Of a DNA stretch of 64,000 nucleotides, positions 1 through 8,435 are shown one piece after another. Position numbers and translations under genes: made by a program. The notes below the pieces were generated by a model. That model did not search any database and was not told the origin of the DNA. It saw nothing but the letters and a program-made list of their open reading frames with translations. Location of the stretch: NCBI GenBank assembly GCA_006218065.1, contig VBWE01000005.1, positions 50,336 to 114,335 on the forward strand, given 5' to 3'. This DNA comes from Bacteroidota bacterium. Its GTDB lineage: Bacteria; Bacteroidota; Bacteroidia; Palsa-965. Position 1 is the stretch's first letter; every line of letters starts with the position of its first letter.

Positions 1-1
1 T

Positions 2-634
2 CACGTTGAACCGCTTCGCGCCGGGCTCCGATGTTTTCTCGTCCATCCTGATCCGCGCAACAAAGAAAATTCCTGCAAACGCGAGCAACGTAAAAGCCGT
101 AAGCATGTTCCGTTCGCTGAACAGGAGCGGGTCGGCGCTGTTGAGCGCCCACACGATCGACGCGCTGAAGATCCCGGCCAGGCTCCAGGTCGAATAACTG
201 AGCGAAATGGCGAGCGTCTGCGTTTCTTTTTTCGAATTGCGGAGGATGAACGGCAGTACGGGAATCTGCATAAACGTAAACGATACGCCCCACAATGCCT
301 GCGAGATTTTAAGCAGCAGCGGATCGTGAACATGCGTGGCGTAGATGATCAGCAATGCAAAAAACGGCACACCGGCGGCGGAAAGATAAAACCAGTTTTT
401 CACCTTTCGTCCCTTGATGAAAAGCCCCAGCGGAAAAGCCAGCAGGAAAACAGCTCCGAAGCGCCAGGAAATAAAATCAGCGATGGAAGCGTCGCTGTAA
501 CCCTCGGCTTTCATGTACAACGGCTGCAGGTTCATGAACGTAGCGTTCACCAGCTGAATAAAAAATTCAGCGATGATCACGTTCATGATCGGTTTTTCAA
601 TTTTTCCGTATGCGCGGATGAAACCGAACGCCAT
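2..634 (-). CDS. MFS-type transporter, N-terminal part (gene runs off the left edge)
   Basis: Absent from the supplied track because it has no stop inside the window. Hand translation of the minus strand from ATG at 634 gives an open frame MAFGFIRAYGKIEKPIMNVIIAEFFIQLVNATFMNLQPLYMKAEGYSDASIADFISWRFGAVFLLAFPLGLF... with serial hydrophobic helices. It starts 27 nt downstream of the miaA stop. Confidence 0.6.
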   Translation of the reverse strand, partial: MAFGFIRAYGKIEKPIMNVIIAEFFIQLVNATFMNLQPLYMKAEGYSDASIADFISWRFGAVFLLAFPLGLFIKGRKVKNWFYLSAAGVPFFALLIIYATHVHDPLLLKISQALWGVSFTFMQIPVLPFILRNSKKETQTLAISLSYSTWSLAGIFSASIVWALNSADPLLFSERNMLTAFTLLAFAGIFFVARIRMDEKTSEPGAKRFNV

Positions 635-661
635 AGTCGTTTTGTTTTCCGGGGATAAATG

Positions 662-1603
662 TCATCCGATAGCTATCGGATTGACATTTGAGTCCGGACA
701 TTCTTCATTTATCGCCGACAACATGCCGGCAATATCCGCCGGTGCAAACCAGCGGATGCTTTTATCTTTCCGGAACCAGGTGAGCTGCCGGCGGGCAAAA
801 TTCCGGGTATGCTGTTTGACCAGGCCGACCGCCGTTTCCAGGTCCGTTTTCCCGTCGAAATGATCGAAAAACTCTTTGTAACCTACTGTTTGCAGCGCGT
901 TGGCCGAACGGTATTTTTCAAGCGAACGCACTTCTCCGGCCAGTCCTGCGCCCACCATTTCATCCACACGGGCATTGATCCGCGCGTACAATGCTTCCCG
1001 ATCCAGTTCGATGCCGATTTTCAGAATGCGGAACGGGCGTTCTTTCGCTGTTCCTTTGCGCTGCTCCGAATATGGTTTGCCGGAAACCGAGCAGACTTCT
1101 ATCGCGCGCATGAGGCGGTGTGGGTTCTGCCGGTCTGCTTTTTCGAAATACACCGGATCGAGCAGGCGCAGTTTTTCCTGCAGGGCGAAAATACCTTCCG
1201 TATCGAAAATCCGTTTCAGTTCCTCGCGCAAAACGTCATCGCGCAGCGGCAGTTCATCAAAACCTTTACAAACCGCATCGATATACATACCCGATCCGCC
1301 GCAAAGCAACTGAACGGGGTTTTCCGAAAAAAGCTGATCGAGTTTCTGCAGTGCATCCTTTTCAAATTTCCCGGCATCGTAAGCTTCGGAAACCGAATGC
1401 GAACCGATAAAATAATGCGGAACGCCCTGCATTTCTTTTTCCGAAGGCGCCGCAGTACCCAGGGGCATCTCGCGGAACAGTTGCCGCGAATCGGCAGAAA
1501 CCACGGAGCAGCCATGCTTCCGGGCCAGCTGGACGGACACGGCGGTTTTGCCCGACGCGGTAGGCCCAAGCACAACAACCAGTAAATTCTTTTTTTGAAG
1601 CAC
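662..1603 (-). CDS. miaA: tRNA dimethylallyltransferase
   Basis: 313-aa ORF with N-terminal P-loop GPTASGKT, followed by SADSRQLFREMPLGTAAPS. Length and layout are typical of MiaA. Confidence 0.93.
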   Translation of the reverse strand: MLQKKNLLVVVLGPTASGKTAVSVQLARKHGCSVVSADSRQLFREMPLGTAAPSEKEMQGVPHYFIGSHSVSEAYDAGKFEKDALQKLDQLFSENPVQLLCGGSGMYIDAVCKGFDELPLRDDVLREELKRIFDTEGIFALQEKLRLLDPVYFEKADRQNPHRLMRAIEVCSVSGKPYSEQRKGTAKERPFRILKIGIELDREALYARINARVDEMVGAGLAGEVRSLEKYRSANALQTVGYKEFFDHFDGKTDLETAVGLVKQHTRNFARRQLTWFRKDKSIRWFAPADIAGMLSAINEECPDSNVNPIAIG

Positions 1604-1645
1604 TATGCAAAAATATAGTCTCTATTCTTTCAGCACACTCAAAAT

Positions 1646-1735
1646 AACGCCGAATGTCGAACACTAAATTTCGAATGCCGAAGTGTATGTGTTTAAGCTA
1701 CGCACTTCGTAATTCATTATTCGACATTCGGCGTT
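1646..1735. repeat. Long imperfect palindrome (16-nt perfect outer arms)
   Basis: aacgccgaatgtcgaa (1646-1661) is the exact reverse complement of ttcgacattcggcgtt (1720-1735). Inner arms cgaagtg/cacttcg extend the stem. Confidence 0.8.
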
Positions 1736-1837
1736 CGATATTTAATTTCAGTTACTGTCCGGAAAGGATAAAATAAAAACGTCATCTCTCCGGGTATAAA
1801 CCGGTACGAAATGACGCTTCCGATTATAATTCTGTAA

Positions 1838-2542
1838 TTAAAAATCTTCTTCTCCGCCTGCTTCAAAAGCGCTCATATCGGCATCATCCGCTCCGCCTTC
1901 TTCCTCTGCTTCGCTTTCTCCATCAGCCGCCGCAACTTCGCTTTCTTCATCCGTACCTTCTGTTTCAACATCTCCGGCGACGTGATCGGTATCGTATTCT
2001 TCTTCGGCCTGGAAGACGCGTTCTTTGGCGGGTTCATCATCGCCGAGATCATCGAATTCGTCATCTTCCACGGGAGGAGCAATGACCACTTTGTATTGTT
2101 TGGGCGCTGCGCCGACGGTTTTCGTACACTTCGGGTAATTGATTTTGCTGTCTTCGTTCACGATTTTCACCAGTTCGATGAGAAAAGTCCAGTGCGCCTT
2201 CGGATCGAATACGTATAGAATTTTCTGGTGCGGGTCGTCGATAAACTCGACCACCTTGCACTTGCTCATTCTTCTCGGTTTGGGTTTCGGATTCCGGTCG
2301 TCCTCGTCGTCATCCTCATTGTATGAAGGTTCGTTCAACGCAATTTCGGTTCCGCGATGCCAGAAATCATCGCTCATGAAAAACGAGGCGTCTTTCGTAT
2401 TGTCGAAACCAATGGCTTCCTGGATGGCGCGGTGCAAATCTTCGAACGTTTGCTTGCCCTGGATATCAATCTCACGATAAACGTCTTCGGCATCCTCGAA
2501 GGTGACGCGAAAGCGGTAAACAGCCATATTTTTTGTAGTCAA
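1838..2542 (-). CDS. pRiA4b ORF-3-like (IS1096 TnpR-passenger-like) domain protein with a strongly acidic C-terminal tail
   Basis: 234-aa ORF. The N-terminus YRFRVTFEDAEDVYREIDIQGKQTFEDLHRAIQEAIGFDNTKDASFFM resembles the PRiA4_ORF3 family pattern. The C-terminal ~70 aa are D/E-rich. Confidence 0.5.
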   Translation of the reverse strand: MTTKNMAVYRFRVTFEDAEDVYREIDIQGKQTFEDLHRAIQEAIGFDNTKDASFFMSDDFWHRGTEIALNEPSYNEDDDEDDRNPKPKPRRMSKCKVVEFIDDPHQKILYVFDPKAHWTFLIELVKIVNEDSKINYPKCTKTVGAAPKQYKVVIAPPVEDDEFDDLGDDEPAKERVFQAEEEYDTDHVAGDVETEGTDEESEVAAADGESEAEEEGGADDADMSAFEAGGEEDF

Positions 2543-2597
2543 AAGCTAAGCGAAGGTAAATAATAGTCCTGAAAAATATATCGAAATATTTCGTCGA

Positions 2598-4034
2598 TTA
2601 TTTGACGGGATTCAACCCCAGTTTTTTGCCTTCGGCGAGCATCAGCCCCCAGGCTTCTTCGCGTTTATTCGGGATAATCCCGTCGAGGATGGCTTCGCGG
2701 ATGGCTGTTTTGATGACACCGACTTCGCGGCAGGGCGGAATTCCGAACACTTCCATGATGTCTTCACCCGTTACCGGCGGCTGCCAGTTCCGCATACGGT
2801 CTTTCTCCTCGATCTCCTTCAGTTTTTCACGCACAAGCGCAAAATTGGCCAGGTAACGCTGTACTTTTTCCTCGTTTTTCGAGGTGATATCGGCCTCGCA
2901 GAGCATCATCAGGTGATCGATATCGTCGCCCGCTTCGTAAAGCAGGCGGCGGACAGCGGAATCGGATACTTCTTCTTTGGATAAAACGATCGGGCGCAGG
3001 TGAAGCTGAACCAGCTTCTGCACGAATTTCATCCGGTCGTTGAGCGGCAGCTTCAGCCGGGTGAAAATCTGCGGAACCATGCGTGCGCCGCGGTCCTCGT
3101 GGCCGTGAAAAGTCCAGCCGTGTCCCGGCTCGAAACGCTTGGTAGCCGGTTTGGCGATGTCGTGCAGGATAGCCGACCAGCGCAGCCAGAGGTCGTCCGT
3201 ATTACGCGAAAGATTATCCAGCACCTGCAGCGTATGGTAAAAATTGTCCTTGTGTCCTTTGCCCTGGATGCGCTCCACGCCATGCAGCAGGGTCATTTCC
3301 GGGAAAATCAGTTTCAGCAGGCCCGAATCGAACAGCAGTTTGAAACCGACCGAAGGAACGGGCGAAAGAATGATCTTATTCAGTTCATCCGTGATACGCT
3401 CTTTCGAAACGATGCCGATCCGCTCGCGGTTTTCGGAAATGGCTTTCAGTGAATTTCCCTCGATGGTAAAATGGAGCTGCGAAGCAAAACGCACGGCCCG
3501 CATCATGCGCAGCGGATCGTCGCTGTACGTGACCGCCGGGTCGAGCGGCGTGCGGATTATTTTTTTATGCAGGTCGCTCACCCCGCCGAACGGATCGAGC
3601 AGGTCGCCGTAATTCAATTTGTTCAAACTGATGGCCAGCGCATTGATCGTAAAATCGCGGCGGTTCTGGTCGTCTTCCAGCGTCCCGTTTTCCACGATCG
3701 GCTTGCGCGATTCGGAGCGGTACGATTCACGCCGCGCGCCTACGAATTCGATATCGTAGTCCTCGTAACGGATCTGCGCCGTTCCGAAATTTTTATAGAC
3801 GTGAACCTGGTATTTGTTCCCGGGCGCGCGCGCAACGGCCTGCGCCAGTTCAATTCCCACCGGGCGCGTTTCCGCACTGCCCTTCCTGCTCACAGCTACG
3901 ATGTCGATGTCCTTGCACGAACGGCCGAGCAAACTGTCGCGAACATACCCGCCGATGGCATAAGCATCAAGGCCGAGCTGGTCCGCTGCACGGCTCACGG
4001 CTTCAAAAACGGGATGTTGCAGAAATTCTTTCAC
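2598..4034 (-). CDS. CCA-adding enzyme / poly(A) polymerase-family tRNA nucleotidyltransferase with HD domain
   Basis: 478 aa. It has the GGYVRDSLLG and DIDIVAV nucleotidyltransferase head motifs, RRDFTINAL, and a downstream HD region (ILHDIAKP). Confidence 0.85.
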   Translation of the reverse strand: MKEFLQHPVFEAVSRAADQLGLDAYAIGGYVRDSLLGRSCKDIDIVAVSRKGSAETRPVGIELAQAVARAPGNKYQVHVYKNFGTAQIRYEDYDIEFVGARRESYRSESRKPIVENGTLEDDQNRRDFTINALAISLNKLNYGDLLDPFGGVSDLHKKIIRTPLDPAVTYSDDPLRMMRAVRFASQLHFTIEGNSLKAISENRERIGIVSKERITDELNKIILSPVPSVGFKLLFDSGLLKLIFPEMTLLHGVERIQGKGHKDNFYHTLQVLDNLSRNTDDLWLRWSAILHDIAKPATKRFEPGHGWTFHGHEDRGARMVPQIFTRLKLPLNDRMKFVQKLVQLHLRPIVLSKEEVSDSAVRRLLYEAGDDIDHLMMLCEADITSKNEEKVQRYLANFALVREKLKEIEEKDRMRNWQPPVTGEDIMEVFGIPPCREVGVIKTAIREAILDGIIPNKREEAWGLMLAEGKKLGLNPVK

Positions 4035-4082
4035 AGTTTATCCTGGAAATTTGCGCAAAGTTAAGTTTTCCCGGCGGGCGTT

Positions 4083-5069
4083 TCAGATATTGCCCATCAC
4101 GTCATCCGCCGGGATTCCCAATGCGCATTTGAAATGGTTTTCGGGACATTCCTTATGCCCGTGAAGGCCGCAGGGGCGGCAAGCCAGTTTTTCTTTCGTT
4201 TCGATGATCCGCGTATGTTCCGAAACGGCGCCGAACCCGTAGGCAGGAATGGTAGAGCAGAAAATTTCCGTAACCGGTGCATTCACCGCGCTGGCCATGT
4301 GCGCGGGAGCGGAATCATTTACGTAATTCATCGCCGCGTCTTTCATCAGCGCAGCTGATTGTAAAAGCGTGAGCTGTCCGCACAGGTTGAACGAGTCCTT
4401 CCGCCCGGCCGTTTTAATGATCTTATCACAGGCCTCCACATCAGCCGGGGCGCCGATCAGGTACACGCGGTATTTCGCAGGAATCATCCTGATGAGTTCT
4501 ACCCATTTCTCCGCCGGCCATTGCTTGGTGAACCAGACCGAAGTGGGCGCCATGCAAACGTAAGGGCCGTGACTTTTATGAAACGAGACTTTCTTTTCAT
4601 CATCGGCGCCCGGGTAAAGTTTCGGGCGCAGCGTTTCCGGACCGGCCAGGTGCGCGATCAGTTCCATGTTCCGCCTGATCTCGTGCTTGCCCGTTCCGAT
4701 CTCGTGCCGGATTTTACGGTGGTAACAAAAAGAGAACGGGTTTTTATCAAAACCCACTTTTTCTTTTGCGCCCGAACGCCATACCAGGAAACCGGATGAG
4801 CCGAAACGGTGCAGGTTTATAACGAGGTCGTATCGTTCTTTCCGGATTCTTCGCGAAAGCGCGAACAGGTTACGAAGTTTCCCGCTTTTCTTATCGAAGA
4901 TGAGCGTATGCCGCAGGAACGGATGGCCGGTGAGCAATCCTTCGTTTCCTTTCCGCAAAAGAAAATCGATCGCCGCTTCGGGATACGTATCATGCAGTTT
5001 CTCCAGCAGCGGCGTCGCAAGTACGACATCGCCGGTAAATGCGGTCTGGATGATGAGTATTTTCTGCAA
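4083..5069 (-). CDS. Glycosyltransferase family 9 (heptosyltransferase-like)
   Basis: The ORF track gives 4083..5147. ILIIQTAFTGDVVLATPLLEKL is the usual GT9 N-terminus. An in-frame TTG at 5069 gives (M)QKILIIQ and removes the overlap with the upstream gene that ends at 5122. Confidence 0.8.
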   Translation of the reverse strand: MQKILIIQTAFTGDVVLATPLLEKLHDTYPEAAIDFLLRKGNEGLLTGHPFLRHTLIFDKKSGKLRNLFALSRRIRKERYDLVINLHRFGSSGFLVWRSGAKEKVGFDKNPFSFCYHRKIRHEIGTGKHEIRRNMELIAHLAGPETLRPKLYPGADDEKKVSFHKSHGPYVCMAPTSVWFTKQWPAEKWVELIRMIPAKYRVYLIGAPADVEACDKIIKTAGRKDSFNLCGQLTLLQSAALMKDAAMNYVNDSAPAHMASAVNAPVTEIFCSTIPAYGFGAVSEHTRIIETKEKLACRPCGLHGHKECPENHFKCALGIPADDVMGNI

Positions 5070-5121
5070 AGCGGAACAAAGATAGGAATAGCATTTTGAG
5101 CCAGTAAGGTAGACCAGTTGC

Positions 5122-5868
5122 TCATGTATTGCCTTGCTGACCGGCATGGTTTACTACATAAGGTGATATTCCTGCAAGCGGATTGAATTCGCGATAGAAT
5201 TCCGCTTCAAACACCCGCGCTTGCCGGATCATTTGAATAGTAAGAAAAATAGACAGGAATTCAAGCGGAAAACCGATAAAAGCTTGGCCAGGCACCATCT
5301 GTTCCGGATCAAGTCTGCTCAGAATATTCGCAGTAAAATTATTAGCGAGATAAATGCCCCACCACCAGCCTACAATGGAGGCGGACTGTATTGGTCGGAC
5401 TATGCCAGTTTTAACCTGGACGGCATGCTGTGTGGCATGCCAGATATCTGACATGATCTGGTAAGGCCAGGCTAGGTTAAGAAAAGGAATGAACCATGCG
5501 CCGGCAGCCCATCCTTCAGTATAACGAAGTGTACGATAATTGATGGCATGTAAATTATAATACGCCCGCCTGAACCACATGATAAAAAACACCATGGTCA
5601 GAATGAGTATTACCAGGTTGACTATACCATGAAACTGGATCGCCAGGCTGGCATAAGCGGTTGCATCTGTATCTGGAAAATAATCATTCTCCATCACGGC
5701 AACCGTGGTGTACAGGTATATCACGAAACCTATGGCAGCAACAGCGAATAGTATCCAGAAAACAAGCATGACTGCTTTGCCGCGAAAATCATTATCGCGG
5801 ACATCTGCATATAGCGGACCTTGTGGGGTTCCCGGATTATTGCCGGGCGGAGTTTGATTTTGCTCCAT
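5122..5868 (-). CDS. DUF4328-like integral membrane protein
   Basis: 248 aa with several TM helices and the motif region GWAAGAWFIPFLNLAWPYQIMSDIW, typical of DUF4328 proteins. Confidence 0.55.
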   Translation of the reverse strand: MEQNQTPPGNNPGTPQGPLYADVRDNDFRGKAVMLVFWILFAVAAIGFVIYLYTTVAVMENDYFPDTDATAYASLAIQFHGIVNLVILILTMVFFIMWFRRAYYNLHAINYRTLRYTEGWAAGAWFIPFLNLAWPYQIMSDIWHATQHAVQVKTGIVRPIQSASIVGWWWGIYLANNFTANILSRLDPEQMVPGQAFIGFPLEFLSIFLTIQMIRQARVFEAEFYREFNPLAGISPYVVNHAGQQGNT

Positions 5869-6407
5869 TATTCTTTCCCTTTATCCCCCACAAAATAATC
5901 CGCGCTGTCGCGGAAGAGTGCGTTGAATGTGGTCAGGCTGCCGTAAATTTTGGTGATGTACTGCTGCATATCCACTTTCTCTTCGTCCGTCATATTCGGA
6001 TGCGCGTTGATTTTTTGTTCCAGCACGCGCAGGCGGTCGCGCACCATCACGATTTTATGAAAGAAGGCTTCGATCGGCACTTCTTTCGGTTTGAGGGAGG
6101 AATCGGAAGGCTGCATCAGCAGCATGCCCTTGTTCCATTTATTGGCGAGTTCAACCGGTTGCTGGATATCGCTGTAGGATTCCAGGACGCGGCGCAGTGT
6201 GCTTTCCAACTGGTCCATCGTAAATGTATTTTCGGAAGTTTCTGTTTCGTCGTCGAGCAGGGTGAGTAATTCTTCCTGCCTTTTGGAAATATCCATCGTG
6301 CCGCGTTTGGGAAAGTCGATGGAATAAAAAAGTTCGTGCACATCGACAACCGTGCCGCGGCCATAATGCTGGTGGTCTATCTTCGAACCGATTACAATCT
6401 GTGACAT
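5868..6407 (-). CDS. Hypothetical protein
   Basis: 179-aa ORF whose stop overlaps the start of the downstream gene by 1 nt (5868). No recognisable motif. Coding is supported by tight coupling and length only. Confidence 0.5.
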   Translation of the reverse strand: MSQIVIGSKIDHQHYGRGTVVDVHELFYSIDFPKRGTMDISKRQEELLTLLDDETETSENTFTMDQLESTLRRVLESYSDIQQPVELANKWNKGMLLMQPSDSSLKPKEVPIEAFFHKIVMVRDRLRVLEQKINAHPNMTDEEKVDMQQYITKIYGSLTTFNALFRDSADYFVGDKGKE

Positions 6408-6493
6408 CTTATTCGTTTGTTTTTTGAACAGAACGAATATACAACATCAGGCAGGGCGAAAGCAAGTAAACCGCCTGTTGAAAATCGTAAGAA

Positions 6494-8368
6494 TCAGTTT
6501 TTGAAATAATTGGAAAGCATCTTCCTGCGCAGCCTGATCACATTCCCGGCAGCATCGGGGTTTTCTTCGATCACGTGCTTGCTGAAAACCGGCACCGTGC
6601 CGGGCGAAGCCGTAACCGTTTTTTCGATATCGTTCCGGATATACCGCAGCGTAACGGTTTCGTTGCCGACCGGCCGGAAAACGGGCTCGAGTACTTTTTC
6701 AAAATTCTTGTACGTGATATTCGTGCCGTTGATGCTCACCAGCCGGTCGCCGTTCTGCAGCTGCAGGCGGTTATTGACCTGCGTACGCGTAACCACCAGC
6801 GCATCCTGGCTGATGTTGAAGTACAGGTTGATCTTGCCGAAACTTTTAGCCGAATCCTGCCGCGTGGCAAAATAATTCCAGCCGATTTTCCCGAAATATT
6901 CCTTGTACGGCAACGGTTTGGCGCCCTGCACGTAATCTTTGAAAAACTGCCCGATCTCCGGGAAAGTCATGGCGGTAATTTCACTGATCAGCTGATCGTC
7001 GCGGAACGGTTTATCGGGTCCGTATTTTACAGCGAGTTTTTCCAGCAGGTCGCGCAAATTCATTTTGCCTTCGCTCAGTTCAATAAGCCTGATATCGAGC
7101 AGGAAGGCGATAAGCGCACCTTTTTCGTACACGTTCAGGTACATGTTCTTGTAATTCTTGTCCAGGATATTCTTACTCATCTCGGTGAAAGAAACATCCG
7201 GGAACGAAGCCGCCTTGATGATTTTCGAGCGGATCACGTCCCGGAATTCCGCATCCGTCATCAGCGAATCGCGAACCTGTATCAGTTGCGAAAAATATTC
7301 CGTTACGCCCTCGTAAAGCCAGAGGTGCTGGGACATATCGGGCGCGGTGAAATCGAAATCCGCCACCTGCTCGCTGTGGATATTGAGCGGTGTGAGAATA
7401 TGCAGGAACTCGTGCGCAGTAACACGATACACGATCGATTTCAGCTGGTTGTCGGAGGCGATTTCCGGCAGGAAATAAAAAGAACAGTAATTATGTTCCA
7501 GCGCGCCGTACCCACCGTACTTCGAAAGTTTATTTTTCTCGCCGGTGGTGAAGTACATGATGAACATATATTTTTTCACCGGCAGCGTATCGAAAAAGTT
7601 CCCGAGCGCATTGCTGAGCGGCATCAGGAAACGGCTGATCTGCTCGGCGTTCACCAGTTTGTTTTCCGAATAAACGGAAACAGTGATGCGCGTATTGGCT
7701 ACGTTGAACCCGGCAGTATCCGGAACATTATACATCACCGGGTTGTCCACCAGTTCCGCATAATCAGTCGCATGGATCACGTCCCGTACAGTCGACTCCC
7801 GGCGGATATCGGCCGTGGTTGATCCGAACAGCGAAGCCGGTTTTAAAATCGTTACCTGGTAAGGCAGTTTCTCATACCCCTGCAGGTAGCCGTAAAACCC
7901 GGGGTGGTTGATGATATAACTTTTCTCCGCTTCAATATTGGTTCCGCCGGGCTGAAAAATGTAGTTGAATTTATCGTCCGTTTCTTTGGCCGAGCGTTTT
8001 TCCGCATCCCAGGTATCGTCGACCCAGTACTCGATTTTCTGGAGCGAATTTTTTCTCGGGTTACGGATAACGATGGTGTTCTGGTCTGTTTTTTTGGCTT
8101 TCAGCGGGGCGCCGTAGATATCGTAAGCTACAAATTCATGCACGAAACGGCCGTAATCTTTGCGCGAATAAGAACCCGGTATAACCGCAGGAAGGATATA
8201 GACGATCTTCTCGTCCCTGATCGCAGGCGTGTTGACGGTAACCTTTACCCTGTCCTTCTCTTGCGTAACGTTCTGGAGATCGATCGTTACTTCATATTTC
8301 ATCTGCGCGCACAAGGGAGTCACCAGCAGCAACGACCACAGGATAACTATGGTGTTTGTTCTGTGCAT
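6494..8368 (-). CDS. Secreted M61-like zinc metallopeptidase with C-terminal PDZ domain
   Basis: 624 aa. It has a signal peptide (ILWSLLLVTPLCAQ), the HExxH motif TAHEFLHIL, and a PDZ-like segment LQNGDRLVSINGTNI. Confidence 0.8.
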   Translation of the reverse strand: MHRTNTIVILWSLLLVTPLCAQMKYEVTIDLQNVTQEKDRVKVTVNTPAIRDEKIVYILPAVIPGSYSRKDYGRFVHEFVAYDIYGAPLKAKKTDQNTIVIRNPRKNSLQKIEYWVDDTWDAEKRSAKETDDKFNYIFQPGGTNIEAEKSYIINHPGFYGYLQGYEKLPYQVTILKPASLFGSTTADIRRESTVRDVIHATDYAELVDNPVMYNVPDTAGFNVANTRITVSVYSENKLVNAEQISRFLMPLSNALGNFFDTLPVKKYMFIMYFTTGEKNKLSKYGGYGALEHNYCSFYFLPEIASDNQLKSIVYRVTAHEFLHILTPLNIHSEQVADFDFTAPDMSQHLWLYEGVTEYFSQLIQVRDSLMTDAEFRDVIRSKIIKAASFPDVSFTEMSKNILDKNYKNMYLNVYEKGALIAFLLDIRLIELSEGKMNLRDLLEKLAVKYGPDKPFRDDQLISEITAMTFPEIGQFFKDYVQGAKPLPYKEYFGKIGWNYFATRQDSAKSFGKINLYFNISQDALVVTRTQVNNRLQLQNGDRLVSINGTNITYKNFEKVLEPVFRPVGNETVTLRYIRNDIEKTVTASPGTVPVFSKHVIEENPDAAGNVIRLRRKMLSNYFKN

Positions 8369-8435
8369 GTGCTATGCACAAAAGTAGGAAGAAACCTGTA
8401 GCTGCCGGTAAAAAAAGCGGGCGGAAGAATTTGTA

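Noticed and set aside
1-658. Track ORFs 1..333 (-), 6..197 (+) and 326..658 (+)
   Set aside because: A third frame on the minus strand (2..634) is open across the whole region and translates to a convincing multi-helix MFS-type protein. The listed ORFs are Arg/Cys-rich nonsense.
5070-5147. N-terminal 26-aa extension of the GT9 gene in the track ORF
   Set aside because: The extension overlaps the 3' end of the upstream gene and precedes the family-typical (M)QKILIIQTAFTGD start. An in-frame TTG at 5069 fits better.
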